A stretch of 64,000 nt of DNA from a bacterium (GTDB lineage: Bacteria; SZUA-182; DTGQ01; JAFGSM01). The stretch covers positions 8,447 through 72,446 of the forward strand of contig JBLIRO010000015.1 of assembly GCA_049472335.1 (NCBI GenBank), read 5' to 3'. Below the pieces are notes generated by a model, which searched no databases, was not told where the DNA came from, and saw only the letters and a list, made by a program, of their open reading frames with translations. How positions within the stretch are numbered: position 1 is the first letter of the stretch; each line of letters begins with the position of its first letter. Shown piece by piece: positions 10,352 through 18,812 of this stretch. The translations under genes were made by a program, and so were the position numbers.

Positions 10352-11299
10352 ATGGAAACTAATATGCGTATTCTGGTTGTGGATGATGAGGAGGCAATAG
10401 GTAGTATTCTATCTCAGATTCTCATTAAGGATGGACATGAGGTAACAGCGGTTTCAAACGGAGAAAGGGCCCTTCAGATTTTCAGGGAAGAACCGTGCCC
10501 TGTAGTCATTTCGGATATCATGATGGAGGGGATGAGCGGGATCGATCTCCTGAAGGAGATCAAGCAGCTCAGCTCAGAGACACAGGTGTTGATGATAACC
10601 GGCTATCCGGCTATAGAAACGGTTATTTCAGCCATGCAGATAGGAGCATATGATTATATTATCAAGCCCTTTAAAGATATTGATCTGATAAGGGCTACAG
10701 TAAACCGCGCCATCGAAAAGGCACGCTTCATTAATGAAAATCATAATCTGGCGGAGATACTCAAAGAGAACAAGAATGAGCTGGATCGCCTGAGAGAGGC
10801 TTTTTGGGAGAAGGCAATTCAGGATGATCTTACAGGTTTGCATAGCTATCGTTACTTCCATGATACCTTCTCAGCAGAAATCCTTCGTTGTCGCAGGCAT
10901 GAGAATGTCTTTTCCTTGCTCCTTGTAGACCTGGATTTTTTCAGTTCTTATAACAGGGCTCATGGGAAATCGGAGGGTGACAATGTGCTTCGAGAGCTGG
11001 CAAATATACTTAAAAAGCGCTTGAGAAGATCGGATGTGCTTGCTCGTTATGGAGGTGATGAGTTTGCCATTCTTCTTCCGGAAACAAAAAAGGAAGACGC
11101 CAGGGCCCTTGCCGAGGAAATCTGCGAGCTTGTTGAAAACCATCCCTTTCAGGGAAGCAATACAACCCCGGAGAGGAATTTCACTGTGACCATAGGCGTT
11201 GCCTCTTTTCCTGAGGACGGTGAAGATATGGGCTCCTTGACAAAGGAAATGATGATTCCCTGTATCGGTCAAAAGAAGCGGGTGAAGGAGCTATGTTAA
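10352..11299 (+). CDS. Response regulator-diguanylate cyclase (REC-GGDEF); C-terminus apparently frameshifted
   Basis: REC 'ILVVDDE..SDIMM..KPF'; RRSD I-site and GGDEF. The expected terminal helix 'DDSLYRSKEAG' lies in the -1 frame from 11251. Confidence 0.9.
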   Translation: METNMRILVVDDEEAIGSILSQILIKDGHEVTAVSNGERALQIFREEPCPVVISDIMMEGMSGIDLLKEIKQLSSETQVLMITGYPAIETVISAMQIGAYDYIIKPFKDIDLIRATVNRAIEKARFINENHNLAEILKENKNELDRLREAFWEKAIQDDLTGLHSYRYFHDTFSAEILRCRRHENVFSLLLVDLDFFSSYNRAHGKSEGDNVLRELANILKKRLRRSDVLARYGGDEFAILLPETKKEDARALAEEICELVENHPFQGSNTTPERNFTVTIGVASFPEDGEDMGSLTKEMMIPCIGQKKRVKELC

Positions 11300-11381
11300 T
11301 AGATTTTGAATCAAGGGGTATTAAAGGCCATGGACTTTTATGTCCTGAAGGATTTGTAAATCTAAAAAGGGTAATAAATCA

Positions 11382-12326
11382 ATGAATACACGTATATTGA
11401 TTGTAGATGATGAAGAGACCATAAGGGGGCTGTTGACCCAGGTCCTTACCGAGGAAGGTCATGAAGTAACGGCAGTGGCAAGCGGAGAGCAGGCCCTTGA
11501 GGCTTTCAATAAGCACCATTATCCTGTCGTTATATCGGACATCAGGATGGAAGGGATAAGCGGCATAGAGCTTCTGAACGAAATAAAGCGGCTCAAGCAG
11601 AATACCCAGGTGTTGATGATAACCAGTCATTCATCCATTGAATCGGCGATCTCTGCTCTTCGGTCAGGTGCGTATGATTATGTTATGAAACCCTTTGAGG
11701 ACCTTGACGTGATAACAGCGGCTGTAAACCGGGCCATTGAAAAGATATGTTATATTAACGAAAATCAGAATTTGGTAGAAAACCTCAAGAAAAACAAAAA
11801 GGAACTGGAGCGTCTCAACGAGGTTTTTTGGGATATGGCAGTACGCGACGGCCTTACAGGTCTGCACAACCATCGCTACTTCAATGAATTCCTTTCAGCA
11901 GAACTTTCCCGCTCCATAAGACATAAGCGAAATTTTTCCCTGCTCTTTATTGATGTGGATTTTTTCAAGGCTTATAATGACACCCACGGGCATTTGGAGG
12001 GCGATATTGTGTTATGCGAGCTGGCACAGATCTTCCAAAAACGGCTCAGGAAAATAGACATGATTGCGCGGTACGGGGGTGAAGAGTTTGTTATTCTCCT
12101 GCCTGAAGTAAAAAAGGACGGCGCTTTCATAGTAGCGGAAAATATCCGCAAGCTTGTAGAAGAGCATCCTTTTCGCGGCAGGGAAACACAGCCCTATGGG
12201 AGGGTGACGGTGAGCATCGGAGTGGCCACTTTCCCCGGGGATGGCGATAACAGGGCTTCCCTGATAAAAAGCGCTGATCAGGCCCTTTACAGGGCGAAAA
12301 ACAACGGCCGAAATGCGGTAAGATAA
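11382..12326 (+). CDS. Response regulator-diguanylate cyclase (REC-GGDEF, WspR/PleD-like)
   Basis: REC domain; DGLTGL, DVDFFKAYND, RKID I-site, GGEEF, ADQALYRAK; paralog of the upstream gene. Confidence 0.95.
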   Translation: MNTRILIVDDEETIRGLLTQVLTEEGHEVTAVASGEQALEAFNKHHYPVVISDIRMEGISGIELLNEIKRLKQNTQVLMITSHSSIESAISALRSGAYDYVMKPFEDLDVITAAVNRAIEKICYINENQNLVENLKKNKKELERLNEVFWDMAVRDGLTGLHNHRYFNEFLSAELSRSIRHKRNFSLLFIDVDFFKAYNDTHGHLEGDIVLCELAQIFQKRLRKIDMIARYGGEEFVILLPEVKKDGAFIVAENIRKLVEEHPFRGRETQPYGRVTVSIGVATFPGDGDNRASLIKSADQALYRAKNNGRNAVR

Positions 12327-12421
12327 CTGGGGAGTATTCTTAAAAAGACAAGTTATCGATTTCTTTCCAATTAACTATGTGTTTTAGAAGGTTAGAGTAT
12401 AAAAAATAGTCTTAATATATC

Positions 12422-13480
12422 TCAAATACAGGATTTAGGATTAATAGTTTGTCTGTCCTTTTCTGATCGCCATATTTCATCCCATTTTTGCTGAGTTTTG
12501 GGAAAATGAAGTTTATACGCCGGAAGCACATCCACCATCTCCTTTACCACGGAGAAACCTTTTATAGCGGTTTCATCATTAATATATTTAAAAAAATGAA
12601 TTAAATTGAGGATTATAATGTGCATTAATTCATTCTTTTTCATTGATACGATCTTGTAGTATTGGTCTTTTTCGAGCAGGAACAGCTTGCTGACTTTTCC
12701 TTTCATGCAGTCCGGGCATTTCTCTTTCCTCCTGATCTGTCTGAAGGGAGATCTGTATGTATTGATTTGATCTCCTTCTTTCCTGACTATAACCCCGTCA
12801 TCAGAAAAGCAGGCATCCGGTCTGCATAAATGTATTATGGTAGATTTGCCCGCCCCTGAAGACCCAAGAAAAAGGACTGTATAATCATCCTTCTGGGCAG
12901 CCGCACCGTGGAGCAACAAACCCCCATGAGAAATCAACTGGTGTGAGAGAACAAACATGAGACCATTCATCACACCTATTACCATATGGTATTCTCTCTT
13001 CCTGGGCCTCTTAAGAAACCCTATTAATCTGTGTAACCGGCCGGTTTCTTTTTTTATAAAGAAAAAGGCGATATTTGTTTTTGTGTCAAAGAAATACAGG
13101 TTGGATTCAATCCTGGAAAAGATAAGGGCTTGTGGTTTATCGACACGAGAGCTTATATGGTTCATAGGACCTTCTTTTGGATTTATATGCTGCAATACCC
13201 TAAGAGAGAACTCAACAGATTCCTTTGATTGTCCGTTTGTTGGAAACCTGCTATAGATAATGGAAAAAAGATTTCTGAATCTATCCGTATCATATGGGCT
13301 CCAGATAAATTTCCTATGATGAGAATAGGTAATAACCTCCACTCTGCAACCAGCTTCGGAAGAACCGGTGAGATAATCAATCAATTCCTTTTTTGTTATT
13401 GCAAATAATCGATGATCGCTCTTTTTAAAAAGGATATGAAATGATTCCAGTCCGATTTCGATATCCAGTCTTTTTTCCAT
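12422..13480 (-). CDS. HPr kinase-related P-loop kinase
   Basis: 'LLLHGAA..VLFLGSSGAGKST..FSDD' is the HprK-like signature. Alternative TTG start at 13501. Confidence 0.7.
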   Translation of the reverse strand: MEKRLDIEIGLESFHILFKKSDHRLFAITKKELIDYLTGSSEAGCRVEVITYSHHRKFIWSPYDTDRFRNLFSIIYSRFPTNGQSKESVEFSLRVLQHINPKEGPMNHISSRVDKPQALIFSRIESNLYFFDTKTNIAFFFIKKETGRLHRLIGFLKRPRKREYHMVIGVMNGLMFVLSHQLISHGGLLLHGAAAQKDDYTVLFLGSSGAGKSTIIHLCRPDACFSDDGVIVRKEGDQINTYRSPFRQIRRKEKCPDCMKGKVSKLFLLEKDQYYKIVSMKKNELMHIIILNLIHFFKYINDETAIKGFSVVKEMVDVLPAYKLHFPKTQQKWDEIWRSEKDRQTINPKSCI

Positions 13481-13535
13481 CTTAAGCCCATGGGCCCTCA
13501 ATCTTTATGGTTTTTTGCAAAAAAGTGCTTTTATA

Positions 13536-14441
13536 TCAATATAATATATGATCCTGTTTATTACCTTTACTTGCATTTTTTTCTATGAACTCGATGATTT
13601 TTCTTGCCACATCCACACCGGTTGCCGTCTCTATCCCTTGTAAACCCGGAGAAGAGTTTACCTCTATAACCACAGGGCCATGATTTGAACGCAGGATATC
13701 TACCCCTGCTACTCTCAATCCTATTGTTTTGGCCGCTCTTATTGCGGTTGATCGCTCTTCCGGTGTTAATCTGATCTTGGATGCCTTGCCTCCCCTGTGC
13801 AAATTGGATCGGAACTCTCCTGCGACACCCTGCCTCCTCATCGCAGCAACCACCCTGTCTCCGACTATCATACAACGTATATCCATGCCATCGGCTTCTT
13901 TTATGTACTCCTGCACCAGGATGTTGGCATCTAATCCTCGAAAGGCTTCAATGACGGATTTTGCAGCCTGGTTGGTCTCCGCAAGCACGACTCCGATCCC
14001 TTGTGTCCCTTCAAGCAGCTTAATTATAAGGGGAGCGCCGCCAATGATATTAATCAATCCATCAATGTCTTTTGTTGAATGAGCAAAACCGGTCACCGGC
14101 AATCCGATTCCCTTTCTGGCCAAAAGCTGCAGACATCTTAGCTTGTCGCGGGAACGTGAAATCGCCTGGGACCTGTTAGCAGTAAAAACACCCATCATTT
14201 CAAACTGACGTACAACAGCGGACCCGTAAAAGGTTTTTGATGCCCCGATGCGTGGGATAATCGCGTCAAAATTCTCTAAGGTTTTTCCCTGGTAAACAAC
14301 CAAAGGACGATGCGATGTAATATTCATATAACAGCGAACATAATCGATTATTTTCATTTCATGCCCCCGCTTCTCACCCGCTTTCTTGATTTGCTGGGTA
14401 GAGTAAAGCGAGGGTTTGTGAGATAAAATGGCAATCTTCAT
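13536..14441 (-). CDS. rimK: RimK ATP-grasp alpha-L-glutamate ligase (ribosomal protein S6 modification)
   Basis: Canonical motifs 'PRIGAS.TFYG', 'SRDKLR.LQLL', '[11 protein letters not shown]', 'FRSNLHRGG', '[11 protein letters not shown]'. Confidence 0.95.
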   Translation of the reverse strand: MKIAILSHKPSLYSTQQIKKAGEKRGHEMKIIDYVRCYMNITSHRPLVVYQGKTLENFDAIIPRIGASKTFYGSAVVRQFEMMGVFTANRSQAISRSRDKLRCLQLLARKGIGLPVTGFAHSTKDIDGLINIIGGAPLIIKLLEGTQGIGVVLAETNQAAKSVIEAFRGLDANILVQEYIKEADGMDIRCMIVGDRVVAAMRRQGVAGEFRSNLHRGGKASKIRLTPEERSTAIRAAKTIGLRVAGVDILRSNHGPVVIEVNSSPGLQGIETATGVDVARKIIEFIEKNASKGNKQDHILY

Positions 14442-14444
14442 GAT

Positions 14445-14921
14445 TTATTTCTTTCTGGTCTTTCTGGGTATTCCTGGAGGCCACCTGCGGCTCAGAAGAA
14501 ATGATTTGCCAGGATCCGTCAAAAACCGTTTACGTATGGCCTGACGGCCCAGCAGCATACGGAATCCCATTACATCCCTGTTTGTTAATGTTAATTCAAT
14601 AGGCCATTGAAATCCTTTAAGCTTAACGGTTGTTTGGATTACAAATCTCAGCTCGGAATCCCCCCCTGAATTTCGGACCTTTCGCTCGTCGATGACATAT
14701 GCCTCAGCCGTGATAGTTTTCGAGCTGTTTTTTTGATACGGATGCACCTTAAAATGAACCTTTTGCTTGCCTTCACGAAAGAAGGGTCTGATGTCAAAGG
14801 CATGTATCGCTGATGAGCGGGCGCCAGTGTCAATTTTTGACTTGATTGACTTAATCCCGAGATCAGGAAGTGATACCCATTCTCGCCAGCCTATAATTGG
14901 CAATTGGTCTTTGCTTTTCAT
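14445..14921 (-). CDS. RimK-associated retropepsin-like protease (RimB-like / 'ATP-dependent zinc protease' family)
   Basis: 'IGWREWV.LP.LG..KIDTGARSS.IHA..M.FRMLLGR'; 3 nt upstream of rimK. Confidence 0.9.
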   Translation of the reverse strand: MKSKDQLPIIGWREWVSLPDLGIKSIKSKIDTGARSSAIHAFDIRPFFREGKQKVHFKVHPYQKNSSKTITAEAYVIDERKVRNSGGDSELRFVIQTTVKLKGFQWPIELTLTNRDVMGFRMLLGRQAIRKRFLTDPGKSFLLSRRWPPGIPRKTRKK

Positions 14922-15523
14922 TTGAAATTTTTATTTAATTGCGTTAAAATTTTTATATTCAGAATAGCCATTTTCTTTTCACCAAAGATTATATTTTTAT
15001 GTCTTTTATATTAAATAGCACCTGACTTTTTTTATAAATCGTTAGGGAAAAACCGGATCTTTATTTTGAGAGTATATTTCAAACGAATTGATTTAGTCAA
15101 TGTACTGATGAAAGGAATCTGAATAATCTTCTTAATATGCCAACGGTATGCCAACGGCGAATGATTATCCTGACCGCCTTCGATATAGTTTTCCTCCTGC
15201 AGTTGTCCTGATTAAATGAAGTTTTTAATATAAAATTATCCTTAATAATTTAATAACCTTTTATAAATCCATAAATATTAAAAGCTGTCCGAAAGAGGGA
15301 AAAAATAGCCTTTTTTACGTCTATTAATTAAGTTATCCAGTTTCCTGTTTTTTTCTGTTTCCAGAAATTAAAAATTGGATGAAAGGGGGTGATAGATGAA
15401 TCATTGATAAAAATGGTTAAATCTTATTTTGGGATAATTTTAAAAGTAAGGAGGGATATCATAAATAATATTAAATGATTTGAAATCCAAATATTCAAAC
15501 ATAAATGAGCGAGGTAAGAAGTC

Positions 15524-16426
15524 ATGAAACAAAGATTTTTGATAATATTACATGTCACGATTACCATTGCGATTACGGTTCTCATGCTAATATCAGGATC
15601 AGCAGAAGCAGTTACTATGAAATTACAGTCATCCGGTAAATACGCCTTTGTTGATTTTTTCAATGACTCGAATGCTCAGATAACCAGTGGCTTTTTACAG
15701 GTCTCGGAGGAGATGCTTAAATATGCCCCTGGTTCGCCTGTGCGACCCGGTCCTATGGGGTTTCTTACAATCAACATAGACAACTGGGCTGATAATGACG
15801 ACGATGATGATTACTGCTACGGTTATGACTGTTATAATTATAAATGGGGCACAGCTACTATCGAGCTGACCAGCTTCGAGGTTTCCGGGAGCCTTACCAG
15901 CGTGGCTGCAGAGGGCAAAGGGACCTTGATCTGGGAGCAGCCATACTATTACCCGTACCCATATACTCCGTATCCAAATGATCCTTACGCACCGTATCCG
16001 TATCCAACTGATCCTAACCAGCCAACAATATTACCACCGTATCCGCCGTATCCGTATCCGTATCCTCCACCAACCGAGGAAGTCACTATCAAAATAACAT
16101 GGACCGGTGAAAGCGATATAACAACCGGCCATAATAATATCCGATCATCATATGGTGATATGCGCATGCATATGCATTCATCCGGCACCTTCCGGTATGC
16201 TACAGCAACGGGTTTAATAAAAGGTGAGACATTCGAAATCGAAGTGAAACCACCTCCACCACCAGAGCCATATCCATATCCGTATCCGTATCCATATCCG
16301 TATCCATATCCGTATCCATATCCTTATCCTTATCCTGATCCTTATATCTACCCTGCTCCATATCCATATTCTTATGCCACTATTGGGAAGTCCAGGACAG
16401 GATATGTAAACATTTATAAACCTTAA
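15524..16426 (+). CDS. Secreted Pro/Tyr-rich hypothetical protein
   Basis: Signal peptide ending SAEA; two PY-rich tracts inserted in a beta-rich core; SD-like 'gaggt' upstream. Confidence 0.75.
   Translation: MKQRFLIILHVTITIAITVLMLISGSAEAVTMKLQSSGKYAFVDFFNDSNAQITSGFLQVSEEMLKYAPGSPVRPGPMGFLTINIDNWADNDDDDDYCYGYDCYNYKWGTATIELTSFEVSGSLTSVAAEGKGTLIWEQPYYYPYPYTPYPNDPYAPYPYPTDPNQPTILPPYPPYPYPYPPPTEEVTIKITWTGESDITTGHNNIRSSYGDMRMHMHSSGTFRYATATGLIKGETFEIEVKPPPPPEPYPYPYPYPYPYPYPYPYPYPYPDPYIYPAPYPYSYATIGKSRTGYVNIYKP
16268..16335 (+). repeat. Hexamer repeat (CCNTAT)n encoding a (Pro-Tyr) tract
   Basis: cca/ccg/cct-tat repeated about 11 times with synonymous variation. Confidence 0.9.
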
Positions 16427-16443
16427 GTCGAATTTCTCTTATC

Positions 16444-16475
16444 GCTGTCCCTGCTCTTCCAAGAGCGGGGACAGC
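16444..16475 (+). terminator. Stem-loop, putative terminator after the PY-rich gene
   Basis: gctgtccctgctctt-cc-aagagcggggacagc inverted repeat 17 nt after the stop; no strong U-tract. Confidence 0.55.
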
Positions 16476-16532
16476 AAGACACACTATAGGCTTTATAGAA
16501 TTTTAAATCATTTTCATTGGTAAGCAATTAAT

Positions 16533-16601
16533 CCTCTGTGTCACCTCCGTGACCTCTATGCTTAAAAAAATATTACCACAGAGGGCACAGAGATCACGGA
16601 G
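16533..16601. repeat. REP/MITE-like imperfect palindrome between convergent genes
   Basis: 'ctctgtgtcacctccgtgacctctatg' ... 'cacagagggcacagagatcacggag', built of ~9-nt subunits in inverted orientation. Confidence 0.5.
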
Positions 16602-16731
16602 TATTGTAAATAAAAGACATTCCTGTATTCACCAGAATTCAGAAACTGAAAGCCGGCATTGTTTCCATTTCAAACAAAATTAATCGGTAAAACTTGATTC
16701 ATTTGTTAAGTTTTTGGTCCAGAAAAGACAA

Positions 16732-18498
16732 CTAGTTTGGAGCAACCTTATTTTTGGCCACTTTCATGCAAATCAGATAGGCCTCTCCATTTTTAATATT
16801 GAACTTAATCCCCGAGGGCCTCCCAAAATAATAGGAAGTTGTTTCATAGATACCCATTTCACTGTTAAATCTGGTGATACTGGCTATCTCATCCGAAAAA
16901 CCCAGATATGAGAGCAGGTTGTATGAGGTATATCCTGCGGGTATGCACGGGATGGATATGATGTTAAAGCCTTCTTTACATGAAATGCCGGGATCTGTAA
17001 TTATTCCGGCAAAGGAAACCTGCTTTGCGTTTTTCATGTTGACAATGTATCCCTCCCCGCCTGAAATATTAAATTTATTTCCGCGGATGGCCCCGTTTGG
17101 GTCGTAAGCTGTAATCTCATAGTTTCTTGAATTAGGATTATATCTTTGAATATTGCCAACATCATTGCTCTCTCCCAGCACCTCAATTAACTCATATGAT
17201 GTATACCCTTGTATTACTTTCACAGGGTGGCCAAAGATATTTAATCCTCCGGATAGAAAGATCTTTATTCCAGTCATGGTAAAGGCGTTGTTGAGGATTG
17301 TCTGTCCACTGTCAGGATTTGTTATATATATGCTGTAAGTATCAATGTTAAGGCCGGCCGGGATAGTTACTTTGATGGTTTCCGAATTTATGTAGATTAC
17401 ACTTGTAAGATTTCTAAGGATTTCTATAACCTGAATCCCTGAAGACTTGTCAGCCACAAAGGCATATTCACCCTGGATATAAATCCCACTGGCAGAGCCT
17501 GGGGTGTCGCATGAGTAAGCGAAAGATGGGTGTAAAGGATCGCTGATGTCTATTATTTGAAGCCCTGATAAACCATCAGCAACATAAGCATAAGAGCCCT
17601 GGATATAGACCTTGCTGGCAGTGCCCGATGTATCATATACGCTGAGTTTGGACGGCTTTCCGGGGTTGGTTATATCTAATAGAATAAGCCCCTTATACCC
17701 ATCAGCGATATAAGCATATGTGCCCTGGACATAGATACCATTTGCAGGGTCTGGTGTGGAGAATTTACCGGCAAGGGACAGGTTTGCAGGATTGCTTATG
17801 TTTATAACCTGAAGTCCTGATGAGCCGTCAGCGACAAAAGCATATGAGCCCTGGACATAAACATCAATGGCAGAGCCTGGGGTGTTATATGAGTCAACAA
17901 AGGATGGTTTTGCAGGGTTGCTTATATTTATAACCCGAAGCCCTTCAGATTCATCAGCGACAAAAGCATATGAGCCCTGAACATGGACTCCTCTGGCGGA
18001 CCCCGGGGTATTGTATGAGCCGATGATAGATGGCTTTGCTGGATTGCTTACGTTTATTATCTGAAGTCCTGAAGAGCCATAAGCCACATAAGCATAAGTT
18101 CCCTGGACATAAACATCATAGGCATTGAAAGCACCTTGTATATAACATTCGCCAATTAGGGACGGGTTTGCAGGATTGCTTATATCTATAACCTGAAGCC
18201 CTGATAATCCATCAGCCACATAGGCATATAAGCCCTGAATATAAATGTTATTGGCAGAGTATGGTGTGTCACGTTCACCTATTATAGAGATCCCCCCTCC
18301 AAAAAGAGAAACTTTTGGCACAGGTTGGAAACCTGCCCCATTGATGGTGACCAGGGTTGATGAAGCAGTGCATCCTGTGTTCGGATCAATTGAGTGAATT
18401 TCCGGGGATATTGCTTCCAAAAAGGGTGAAGAGTTGAAACAGAAGAGACTGGAAAGTATTAAGATCAGGCATACCAGGGAAAAATCTTTTTTAGGCAT
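16732..18498 (-). CDS. Secreted LVIVD-repeat (beta-propeller) protein with split IPT/TIG domain and duplicated C-terminal module
   Basis: Signal peptide; 'PEIHSIDP..VTINGAGF' (IPT); about 7 repeats 'VQGSYAYVADG.SGLQ(V/I)I(D/N)ISNP..P' at ~43-aa period. Confidence 0.85.
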   Translation of the reverse strand: MPKKDFSLVCLILILSSLFCFNSSPFLEAISPEIHSIDPNTGCTASSTLVTINGAGFQPVPKVSLFGGGISIIGERDTPYSANNIYIQGLYAYVADGLSGLQVIDISNPANPSLIGECYIQGAFNAYDVYVQGTYAYVAYGSSGLQIINVSNPAKPSIIGSYNTPGSARGVHVQGSYAFVADESEGLRVINISNPAKPSFVDSYNTPGSAIDVYVQGSYAFVADGSSGLQVINISNPANLSLAGKFSTPDPANGIYVQGTYAYIADGYKGLILLDITNPGKPSKLSVYDTSGTASKVYIQGSYAYVADGLSGLQIIDISDPLHPSFAYSCDTPGSASGIYIQGEYAFVADKSSGIQVIEILRNLTSVIYINSETIKVTIPAGLNIDTYSIYITNPDSGQTILNNAFTMTGIKIFLSGGLNIFGHPVKVIQGYTSYELIEVLGESNDVGNIQRYNPNSRNYEITAYDPNGAIRGNKFNISGGEGYIVNMKNAKQVSFAGIITDPGISCKEGFNIISIPCIPAGYTSYNLLSYLGFSDEIASITRFNSEMGIYETTSYYFGRPSGIKFNIKNGEAYLICMKVAKNKVAPN

Positions 18499-18812
18499 TT
18501 TTATACTTCTTTCTAATTGATTCCTCTATTTTATAAAGGGATTCACTATCTTACAATCTCCAATGAAAATACAAGAAATGTCTTCTGCCGGCTTTGATCA
18601 CCACCTTTCATATTCTATGTAAGACTAAGTAATTAAAAGGGATTTAAAACTTAGGACCCTCTTTTATTTTTTCTAAAAATTACGGTGTTCCCTCATCTTT
18701 CATCTAGTAATAAAAAAATTTAATATCTGCTTTAAATTTGCCCTATATTAAAATATAACAGGCTAAATTATATTTAGCAATAGAAAAGGTTTGAGTATTT
18801 TTATGGTGATTT

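Noticed and set aside
17400..18260. Regular ~129-nt repeats as a possible array
   Set aside because: They are the coding LVIVD repeats.
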